Shown one piece after another: positions 1 through 8,024 of a stretch of DNA of 64,000 bases. Made by a program: the position numbers and the translations under genes. The notes beneath the pieces are model-generated. The model did no database searches. It was not told the DNA's origin and saw only the letters and a program-made list of their open reading frames with translations. The stretch lies in NCBI GenBank assembly GCA_965222375.1, contig CBDCTZ010000014.1, positions 416,001-480,000 on the forward strand. Reading direction: 5' to 3'. The DNA comes from Polyangiaceae bacterium (GTDB taxonomy: Bacteria > Myxococcota_A > Polyangia > Polyangiales > Polyangiaceae). The stretch's first letter is position 1. Every line of letters starts with the position of its first letter.

Positions 1-560
1 GACGCACAATCCACTGTGACGAACGGTTCTGAAGCCCGGTCACTGCCCTCGTGAATGGCACGGGCGATGAGTTCCTTGCCTGTACCAGACTCTCCGATCA
101 TCAAAACAGGTACGGAGGCGCGGGCGACGCGACCAACCCGAGCCATGAGGCGGCGCATGGTCTTCGTGCGTCCGCGCAACTCGCTCAACTGCTCGCCGGC
201 GTGGAGTTCAGCTGTTGTCCCGCTTCCGTCGTCCACTCGCAGGCGCGTGCGGCCTATCACGACCTCTGAGCCAGGCGGGACGGTGCCTTTGTCGATCCGA
301 AGGTCTCCCGCGAAGGTGCCATTGGTGGACCCCAGATCAAGTAGCCGCACGCCATGCTCGTCCCGCGTGAGCTCCAAATGGAACCTCGATACCGTACCGT
401 CCGTGAGCTTGAGGTCGTTGCCTTCGCCGGCCCCTACGCTCAGGGTCTCGCTGCTCGCTTCTGCCCGTACGCCCTGATCCGGCCCGTCGAGGACTTCGAC
501 GGCCAGAGTGCGCACGGCGATGCGTGGCCGGCTTTCGATGGGAGTCGTGACGGATGACAC
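1..560 (-). CDS. FHA-domain sigma54-dependent transcriptional activator (N-terminal part; runs off window start)
   Basis: Not in the ORF track. Manual minus-strand translation from GTG at 560 gives FHA motifs (VSRFH, DLGSTNGT), then Walker A GESGTGKELIARAIH...PFVTVDC, with no stop before position 1. Confidence 0.9.
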   Translation of the reverse strand, partial: MSSVTTPIESRPRIAVRTLAVEVLDGPDQGVRAEASSETLSVGAGEGNDLKLTDGTVSRFHLELTRDEHGVRLLDLGSTNGTFAGDLRIDKGTVPPGSEVVIGRTRLRVDDGSGTTAELHAGEQLSELRGRTKTMRRLMARVGRVARASVPVLMIGESGTGKELIARAIHEGSDRASEPFVTVDCA

Positions 561-630
561 GGCTAGCCGGTTGTATCACGGGAGAAGGAAGCGGGAATGG
601 GAGTGCCTACAGAGTTGCAAGTGTCCAGAA

Positions 631-2082
631 TTATAGTTGCTTTTTGGCAAGCCGGGCGACGCGAGCCAGCTTGCGAACCAGCTGGTCGCCGCGCACCGGA
701 TATCGGACCACGTCAGCCGCACCTGCTTCGATGAAGCGATTCACGTCGGGCGCAGTGATGCCCTTGGCGCAAATCACGGTGCGACTCGGCGCCTCTTCCA
801 GATAGGCTAACGCCCCCGCGGTATCGTCAGCGGCGTCGAATACGATGATATCCGCGGTGGAGGAGTCCTCGGGCTCGACGACTGAAAAGCCGTGGGCGCG
901 CAAAGCCGTCAGGACCTTCGCGGTAGCACCTTCTTCGGCCTCCGGGTCACAGCGCACGACGGCGACGGTTGCGGCGCTGGGTTGTGGAGCCTTGGCCGAC
1001 GTTTGCACCCACTCCGGATGCCGCTTGCTGCGAGCCCCCAAAGGCGCCTCCCCTTTTCGGTTCGGCAGAAGCCGTGCGTTTTCTTCCGGATCGAAGGCGA
1101 TGCCCATGGCTTCGACGACTTCGGTCATGGAGCCTGGCCTCTCGTGGGCCTGCTTGGCCAGTAGCCGAAGGCGCAGCCTCTCGAGCAACTCCGGCACGGG
1201 TTCCGCATCCGATGGCCGCTCTAGAGGCGGTGGCGGCGTGAACATGTGCTGGGAGATCACGTCGATGGCAGATTCACCAGCGAACGGTGGCGAGAGTTGA
1301 AGCAACTCAGTCAAGATGCAGCCCAACGCATAGAGATCGGTGCTAGGGCCGACCTTGAGGGAGCGGCACTGCTCTGGGCTCATGTAGTCAGGGGTGCCAG
1401 CAACGGCGTCGGATTGGGTCAGTGTCGAGCCGTAGTCTCTCGGGTCATCCAAGTGGGCCAATCCGAAATCCGCCACCTTCCATAGCACGCTCCCGTCGGT
1501 GAGCTCCGTGCGCATGATGTTGTCCGGCTTTAGGTCCCGGTGCACGATCCCGGCGGAGTGGGCAGCCTCTACGGCGCGCGCGAGCTGCTCCATGGCCACG
1601 CGCACCTCGGCCAGGCGAGGTGGCGTGGCTTGGGCATTGAGCCAATAGGCCATGGAATCGCCCTCCACGAGCTCCATCACCAGAAAGGGCTGTCCGTCGT
1701 GTCCTCCGTAGTCGGTGACCTTGACGACGTTGGGGTGCGAGAGCATCGAGGCAGCCCGCGCTTCGCGATAAAAGCGGCGCGAGGCTTCTTCGGAGCCGAC
1801 CATGAATCCGTGCAAGATCTTCACTGCAACCGGCACTTTGAGATCCAAGTGCTGCCCTCGAAACACTTTGCCCATTCCGCCGCTGGCGAGTTCTCGATCC
1901 AGGCGGTAGCGCCCCGCTAGGATGACACCCGCTTTCGGCCCTGGCGCCATGGGCGGCACAGGCTCCGTGATCGAAGCCAAGGTGTCTTGTGCGGGCAGGG
2001 GTTTGACCTCGGGGTGTGTCGCATGCTGCGTTACCTGAGTGAACTTCGGGAGTTTGGCTGGTTTGGGCGGCGGATCGCTCAC
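631..2082 (-). CDS. Ser/Thr protein kinase with C-terminal receiver-like domain
   Basis: GGMGKV, VAVK, HRDLKPDN, DFGLA and GTPDYMSPE motifs. C-terminal REC-like segment (DIIVFD...AGAADVVRYP). Confidence 0.92.
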   Translation of the reverse strand: MSDPPPKPAKLPKFTQVTQHATHPEVKPLPAQDTLASITEPVPPMAPGPKAGVILAGRYRLDRELASGGMGKVFRGQHLDLKVPVAVKILHGFMVGSEEASRRFYREARAASMLSHPNVVKVTDYGGHDGQPFLVMELVEGDSMAYWLNAQATPPRLAEVRVAMEQLARAVEAAHSAGIVHRDLKPDNIMRTELTDGSVLWKVADFGLAHLDDPRDYGSTLTQSDAVAGTPDYMSPEQCRSLKVGPSTDLYALGCILTELLQLSPPFAGESAIDVISQHMFTPPPPLERPSDAEPVPELLERLRLRLLAKQAHERPGSMTEVVEAMGIAFDPEENARLLPNRKGEAPLGARSKRHPEWVQTSAKAPQPSAATVAVVRCDPEAEEGATAKVLTALRAHGFSVVEPEDSSTADIIVFDAADDTAGALAYLEEAPSRTVICAKGITAPDVNRFIEAGAADVVRYPVRGDQLVRKLARVARLAKKQL

Positions 2083-4373
2083 GGCAAGCGCTCCCGAACC
2101 CCGATGCCAAGCTGCCCCATGAAGTGTCCGCCGTCCTCCTCCCAGGGCGATGCGCGCATGCCCAGGCTAGCGACGAAGCTGTTTCCAGCTTCGAGACCGA
2201 GGGATAGCCCGCCTCGGGGCTGCGCTTCGCTGTCGCGCGCCAGCACGTGCGCGTCCAACACCGCGTACCCTGTCAGCCAAGACTGGAAGTCCCAAGTGCC
2301 GCCGCCCAGCAAGAAGCCCTGCGCCTCCGGGAGCGTGGTCTGGTCGGTTTCGTCCAACGCGGCGCGGCCGCCGGCGTTGATGATCACGCCCAGCTGGTTG
2401 CTGCGCATGCCGAGAGCCACAGCAAGCTCGGCCCGCGTAGGCGTGCCGCTAGGCGACGTTGGGACGCCTACCCGAGCTGCAGGCGATAGTTCGAGCCCAG
2501 AATCCGTTCGCACCGCTCGCCAGCGGAGCCCTAGCCAGGCCGCTTGATCAGGCTGTCGAGCATCCCCGCTGCCATCCGAGAGCACGAGAGCGTCGGCGCC
2601 CAAGTCGCCCACGGCACCTTGAGCTCGAGCGTGGCCTTGAAAACGCCCGGAATCTTGGTGAGATACGGTTGCGCCAACGGCTCCCGAGCCAAACGCGCTT
2701 GGGGCCCACCAGGAGATGCTGAGCGCGGGCGAGGGCACGACCGGCGGAGCCACCAGCCCAAGGGGTGGCGGTTTCGAATCGGGCCTATCCGGGGAAGAGG
2801 GGGGCGCATCTGCCACCAAAGTCTCCGACCCCAACACGCGTCCACGACCGTCAACCAAGTCCAATTCCACGTCGCCTAGGCTCGCCTCCGACAGGGTTGC
2901 GAAGAACTCGCCCTTGGCTTCACCCGGCAGCAGGGGGACCTCCTGCGCTCCTCGACCGGGTGCTCCGCTCAGTAGCTTCGGAGCCACTCGGGTAGGGATA
3001 TCGACGCCGTCGAGGCCCGACAGGCGGACTCGTACTCGCCTGGCAGTGACATTCGCCCAAGTGATCTCCGTGCGGGGTTTTCGATAATCTATATTGACGC
3101 GCTGGACGTTCTGGCTGCCTCGAGACCTGAGGGACAGGCTCTTCGGCGCGAGCTGCAGAAGATCGATCTGTTCTGGTAGTGGCCCGAAGTCCGCATCGTC
3201 CACTGCCAACTGAAGCGAAGAGTCGGGCGCGAAAACCAACCGTGCGTATGGGCTCGCCTGGATCCTTCCGTCGATGATCCTGCCTCCGGACAGGGAGCCA
3301 ACGACTAGGGTGACATCTCGCCGGCTGCTTGCGATGCCGAGAAAATCCTCGTCGTCGATGGCCCGCACACGCACGTGATAGCTGCCCTGAGGCAGCTTTT
3401 CCGCGCGAAAGGCACGGACTTTTGCGGTCACTTCTTCGCGAACCACCAGGTCCGAAAAGCTAGAGTCTCGTGCGAGTTCCACCCGATACGCCACGGCTCG
3501 AGGCACCTCGGTCCACGAAATGAAAATGCGGCTCTTGCCCTTCTCGGTGACAACGATGCCCGACGACGAATCCGGGCCGTACTTGGGGGCTGGCGGTAGA
3601 GGGCGAGGTGGCTTCGGCGCCTGCTTCTCGACGAAGGCGGAGCCGAACTTCTCCGGCACCGTCACGGACTTGCCAGCGGAGCGCACTTTGGCTTTGCCGT
3701 CGAATACGCTGACTGTGCTGCGCTTGCCTTTCTTTCGAACGCTGGCTTCCTTGCTGTTGGCGCTGACTCGCGCCCCGCCCTTCACCGCGATCTCCACCGG
3801 CTGGCCGCGCAGTGCGGCCAGACCTGCCTGCACCTCGCCGGTCTCGAGTTCCACTTTTGGCGGCGGCGTCTTGCTGACCCGAGTCACCGCCGCAGTGTCG
3901 TAGATTACGACGAGGGTGTTCTCGGCTAGGTACACCCGAGTGCGGTCGGCGAAGACGATATTGGCTCGTGCATCGTTCAGCGTGTTCACCGAGTGGTTTT
4001 CGTACAACGGCATGCCGGGCGACGCGGGCGCCCAACCCGAACCTGGCGGGCGCGCTTTGACCTTTGGCGCCATGGACCGAAGTTGCGCAGTGGGCACGGT
4101 GCCAACGGTTTCGGGCACCACCAAGGTGAGCCCCTCAGTAAGCGGCTTGTTGCAATCGATGTTGTTGTAGCGCTTGAGCAGAGCCGCGTGCTTCTCCGAG
4201 CCGTACAGGGCATGGGCGATGAGTCGACACGTTTCTCCCTTCTGAATCGTCCAATGGAATATTCGCTCCTGATAGCCGGGGGTTGGTTTCGGCGCGGCTT
4301 GCGCGGAACGCGCTGCGCCCAATGCACACAGTGCGCCCAAAAGAGTCGCGACAGAAGAATCGATGACACGCAC
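2079..4373 (-). CDS. Exported LysM + FecR + FN3-like protein with beta-rich C-terminus
   Basis: Signal peptide, LysM-like (TIQKGETCRLIAHALYG...LTEGLTLVVP), FecR-like (ARANIVFADRTRVYLAENT...SVFDGKAKV), FN3-like (SWTEVPRAVAYRVELA...YHVRVRAID). 4-bp overlap with the kinase gene. Confidence 0.8.
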   Translation of the reverse strand: MRVIDSSVATLLGALCALGAARSAQAAPKPTPGYQERIFHWTIQKGETCRLIAHALYGSEKHAALLKRYNNIDCNKPLTEGLTLVVPETVGTVPTAQLRSMAPKVKARPPGSGWAPASPGMPLYENHSVNTLNDARANIVFADRTRVYLAENTLVVIYDTAAVTRVSKTPPPKVELETGEVQAGLAALRGQPVEIAVKGGARVSANSKEASVRKKGKRSTVSVFDGKAKVRSAGKSVTVPEKFGSAFVEKQAPKPPRPLPPAPKYGPDSSSGIVVTEKGKSRIFISWTEVPRAVAYRVELARDSSFSDLVVREEVTAKVRAFRAEKLPQGSYHVRVRAIDDEDFLGIASSRRDVTLVVGSLSGGRIIDGRIQASPYARLVFAPDSSLQLAVDDADFGPLPEQIDLLQLAPKSLSLRSRGSQNVQRVNIDYRKPRTEITWANVTARRVRVRLSGLDGVDIPTRVAPKLLSGAPGRGAQEVPLLPGEAKGEFFATLSEASLGDVELDLVDGRGRVLGSETLVADAPPSSPDRPDSKPPPLGLVAPPVVPSPALSISWWAPSAFGSGAVGATVSHQDSGRFQGHARAQGAVGDLGADALVLSDGSGDARQPDQAAWLGLRWRAVRTDSGLELSPAARVGVPTSPSGTPTRAELAVALGMRSNQLGVIINAGGRAALDETDQTTLPEAQGFLLGGGTWDFQSWLTGYAVLDAHVLARDSEAQPRGGLSLGLEAGNSFVASLGMRASPWEEDGGHFMGQLGIGVRERLP

Positions 4374-4399
4374 GGCAAAACACTATAGATCGAGCTGTC

Positions 4400-6106
4400 G
4401 TGTTGTCACCGCAACATTCGCGCATCTTTTTGATGCTGAGTGCCGGGTTGCTTCTCGCATCCACTGCAGCCGCTGAAGGTGGTGCCTTGGAGCGCTTCGA
4501 GCCGTCCGTGCCCGGGGACGCGCTGTTTGCGACTCCCGACATGCATGTGCGTGGCCATCTATTGCCGAGGCTAGGTGTAGTGGCGTCCTATGCGAATGGT
4601 CCTCTCGTATTGCGTCAGGGCTCCACCGAGGTGGGGGACGTAGTGAGCCACCAGCTGGTGCTGCACGCCATGGCGGCAATGCCGCTGTGGGCGCGGGTTC
4701 AGCTGGGGGTCGACCTGCCGTTGTATGCGAGTCAAGGTGGTGAAGACCCTTCCGCAGTCGGGTCACGATTTGCTTCGCCGGACGGTGCCGATCTCGGGGA
4801 CATGCGCACGGACCTGCGGGTCGCATTGCTGGAGCATGACGAGCTCGTCCCCGGTGTGGGCGTGGAAGGGCGCGCCTGGTGGCCCAGCGGGTCCGAGTCG
4901 AGCTACGCGGGGTCGAGCGAACCGCGCTACGGCGTGTCAGTGGTTTTCGGTGCAGACAGCGATCGTTTCAAGTATCGAGTTGCGCTCGGGCGTCGCTCAC
5001 AGCCCGCCCCTAGCCGCCTCACCCCAAGCCTGGGTAGCGACACCACGTTCAGAGCAGGTGCGGCCTATCGCGTCGCTCCGGTCTGGTTTGGCGCAGAACT
5101 CTTGGGCAGCACTCGCGACACGACGCGGACGGATCCCTTCGAACCCGAGAACACCAACCTCGAGGCGCTTCTTTCCGCGCGCTACAACACGGGGCCGTGG
5201 CATGCGGCACTCGGTGCCGGACCGGGATTGTCCGACGCGGCAGGCACGCCGCGCTACCGTGTCGTGGCGTTGCTTTCTTGGGCTCCTGGAGCGGATCGCA
5301 CACCGGGATTTTTCGGGGATGACTCGTCGGAACCGAGCGTTGCTGCGACGGCGCGCCCAGGGATCGATGACGGCTCAGCGAAGCCGGCACTGACTCCGGG
5401 TCGGAGAGATCGGGACCGGGATGGCGTGCTCGATGCCGACGACCGTTGCCCGGAGCTGTACGGTGAGACGCGCACCCCGGCCGAGCAGCGCGGCTGCCCA
5501 CCGGACTCGGACGCCGATGGCATCTACGACGCGGACGATCGCTGCCCAAAGGTGCCCGGGGCGCCTAGTGTCGATCCTGATAGACACGGCTGTCCTGCAG
5601 ACACGGACGGTGATGGCATCGTGGATGCTGCAGACGCGTGCCCGAAGGAACGTGGCAAGAAGACCGAAGACGAGACGACCAATGGTTGCCCCGTTGCGGT
5701 TCGAGTGGAAGGCTCACAGATTGTCATCCTGCAACAAGTCAACTTCGCAACGGGAAATGACCGCATCGAGGCATCTAGCTTTGGGCTACTCTCCGAAGTG
5801 GCTCGAGTCATGAACGACCACCCGGAAATCGTTCGCGTTGCCGTGGATGGTCACACCGACAACGTGGGCAACGCGGCAAAGAACATGGATCTATCGAGGC
5901 GCCGGGCCCTTTCAGTATTGCGCTGGTTGGTAGAGCACAAGGTCGACGAGCGCCGTCTGGAAGCCCGAGGGTTCGGGCCACGCCGCCCCATCGCGGACAA
6001 CAAGACGGCGGAAGGCAAGGCTAAGAATCGACGGGTCGAATTCCAGATCTTGAAGCGAAGCGAACGGCGCGAGCGTGACTGGAAAGATGGCCCCGTCGAG
6101 CGCTGA
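4400..6106 (+). CDS. OmpA-family outer membrane protein with thrombospondin type-3 repeats
   Basis: DxDxDGxxDxxDxCP repeats and OmpA C-terminal motifs (GHTDNVG, LSRRRA, NRRVEF). Alternative ATG at 4433. Confidence 0.92.
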   Translation: MLSPQHSRIFLMLSAGLLLASTAAAEGGALERFEPSVPGDALFATPDMHVRGHLLPRLGVVASYANGPLVLRQGSTEVGDVVSHQLVLHAMAAMPLWARVQLGVDLPLYASQGGEDPSAVGSRFASPDGADLGDMRTDLRVALLEHDELVPGVGVEGRAWWPSGSESSYAGSSEPRYGVSVVFGADSDRFKYRVALGRRSQPAPSRLTPSLGSDTTFRAGAAYRVAPVWFGAELLGSTRDTTRTDPFEPENTNLEALLSARYNTGPWHAALGAGPGLSDAAGTPRYRVVALLSWAPGADRTPGFFGDDSSEPSVAATARPGIDDGSAKPALTPGRRDRDRDGVLDADDRCPELYGETRTPAEQRGCPPDSDADGIYDADDRCPKVPGAPSVDPDRHGCPADTDGDGIVDAADACPKERGKKTEDETTNGCPVAVRVEGSQIVILQQVNFATGNDRIEASSFGLLSEVARVMNDHPEIVRVAVDGHTDNVGNAAKNMDLSRRRALSVLRWLVEHKVDERRLEARGFGPRRPIADNKTAEGKAKNRRVEFQILKRSERRERDWKDGPVER

Positions 6107-7871
6107 AACCTCCCCCCGGGGCGTTTCGATCCGCCTGAAGGTCGTCGTGGCCCTCGTCCTGCTGGCAGTGGTGCCAGCGGGAGTCGTCTCGATGACTCTG
6201 ACGCGACAATACCGGGATTCGATCCACCTGCTCGAGGCCGAGCATCAGGAGGCGGTCGTCGCGGAGGCCTCTGGCAAGGTGATTGAGCGCGTACGGCGGA
6301 TTGAAAACGATGCACAAGCCGTGGCTCAGGCGTTGGCCCTTGCCGCAGCCAAGCCGGCTGGCACCGATGCGGCGTCGGAGAGCGATGGGCTCGATGGTGT
6401 GCGAGCGGTTCTAGCGACTCGAGAGGCGTTCGATGCAGTTCGGTTCGAAGTGCCGAGCGCCAAGATAAGTACCGTGATCTCCAAGCAGGGGACATCTGCC
6501 CAGGCACCGAAGAGCGATGCCCCCCTGCGCAAGCAAGCAGCCGAGCGAGGCGTCGCGTTCGTGGTGCGCGGCGGGCACGGTCTGGTGGTCGTGCCTGTGC
6601 CGCGGGCGAGCCCCAAGGGAGCTCTGGGCTATGTGACCGCTCGCGTAGACCTGAAGCCCCTGCAAACTGAGCTGAAAAAGATTGCGCTCCGCCGGCTGGA
6701 GGGGGCTCGAATCGTGCTTGCAGACTCGGAGCGCCGCGCGGTCGCGCTGGTGGCGCTGCCGGAGGTTCAGCTGGGGTCTGACGTCTCCGCAATGCCTGTC
6801 TGGTCGCGTCTGCCCGAAGGTGTTCCCTGGACAGCCGAGATCGGCGTGGTTGGCGAGTTGAACGTCGCAGGTCAACCGCAAGTTGCTGCCGTGCGCACGA
6901 TTGCCGAGCTCGGTTGGGCGGTTGCCAGCTATCGGTCCGCCAAGGTGGCGTACGCCACTTTGGAGCGGCTGGAGCGCGTGCTGTTGTTGTCTTCGCTAGC
7001 GGCACTGCTGGGCGCCTTGGTTGTAGGCTTTCTGCTCTCTTCCGCCCTGACTCGGCCGGTGCTGTCCCTGGCATCCCAAGCGCGGCTGATTGGCAAGCGA
7101 AAGTATGCACAGCTCGACTTGCCGCAATCCCGAGGGGACGAGTTGGGGGAGCTGGCGCGATCCATGAGTGCGATGGCGCGAGACCTACAGGCCGGGGAAG
7201 AGGAGCTCGAGCGGGAGGCGCAGGTACGGGGCGACTTGAGTCGGTTCCTGAGTCGTGAGTTGGTAGACGCGGTCGTGAGCGGCAAGCATGCTCTGGCTTT
7301 GGGGGGGCGGCGCACAGAAGTAACGGTGCTGTTTGCTGACGTCGTTGCCTTCACTCCAATGGCGGAGAGCCGAGACGCCGCGCAGATCGTCACGTTGCTC
7401 AACGAGCTCTTCACCATGCTGAGCGAAATCGTATTTCGCCACGGGGGCATGGTCGACAAGTTCATTGGAGACTGCATCATGGCTGTGTGGGGGGCCACGG
7501 AGCCTTGCCCGGACCACGCGGAGCGAGCGCTCCGCGCTGCGGAAGACATGCTTCGCTTTTTGGAGACGACGAACGAAGATTGGCGTGCACGCTTCGATGT
7601 GGAGATCCGCCTCGGCATCGGAGTCAATTCCGGCGAGGCCATCGTTGGGAATGTCGGTTCGGACAAACGCATGGAGTTCACAGTCGTGGGCGACGTCGTC
7701 AACGTGGCCGCTCGATTGGAGGCCATTGCGCGACCAAACCAAGTGCTGTTGGGGGAGCGCACCCAGGAGCTGGCGCCCAACGAGCTGCCGCTCACGGACC
7801 TCGGCGCCCACGAGCTGACCGGGCGCCAGAACAAAGCCCGGGTGTTCGGCTACACGCTCGGCGAAGAGTGA
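6087..7871 (+). CDS. Membrane-bound class III adenylate cyclase (periplasmic sensor + HAMP)
   Basis: Two TM segments, HAMP (RGDELGELARSMSAM), and FADVVAFT, DKFIGD, FTVVGDVVNVAARLE. The Lys/Thr pair points to ATP specificity. Confidence 0.92.
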   Translation: MAPSSAETSPRGVSIRLKVVVALVLLAVVPAGVVSMTLTRQYRDSIHLLEAEHQEAVVAEASGKVIERVRRIENDAQAVAQALALAAAKPAGTDAASESDGLDGVRAVLATREAFDAVRFEVPSAKISTVISKQGTSAQAPKSDAPLRKQAAERGVAFVVRGGHGLVVVPVPRASPKGALGYVTARVDLKPLQTELKKIALRRLEGARIVLADSERRAVALVALPEVQLGSDVSAMPVWSRLPEGVPWTAEIGVVGELNVAGQPQVAAVRTIAELGWAVASYRSAKVAYATLERLERVLLLSSLAALLGALVVGFLLSSALTRPVLSLASQARLIGKRKYAQLDLPQSRGDELGELARSMSAMARDLQAGEEELEREAQVRGDLSRFLSRELVDAVVSGKHALALGGRRTEVTVLFADVVAFTPMAESRDAAQIVTLLNELFTMLSEIVFRHGGMVDKFIGDCIMAVWGATEPCPDHAERALRAAEDMLRFLETTNEDWRARFDVEIRLGIGVNSGEAIVGNVGSDKRMEFTVVGDVVNVAARLEAIARPNQVLLGERTQELAPNELPLTDLGAHELTGRQNKARVFGYTLGEE

Positions 7872-8024
7872 GGCGGGGCAGCGAGGCCATCCCGAACGCT
7901 GGGCCCGCCGTAGGGGTGTGGATTGCGGCCCGCGATCGTCGTCGCCAGACTCGACGCCAACCCGTCACCAAACCCTGGATTTTCGGCGATTTCTGCTGGC
8001 TCGACTCTTGCTAGTTGGCCCTGC

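Noticed and set aside
5851..7110. Long antisense or alternate-frame ORFs (this one, also 17431-18489, 29123-30241, 33063-34178, 61894-63198)
   Set aside because: Shadow ORFs typical of high-GC DNA, overlapping motif-supported genes.
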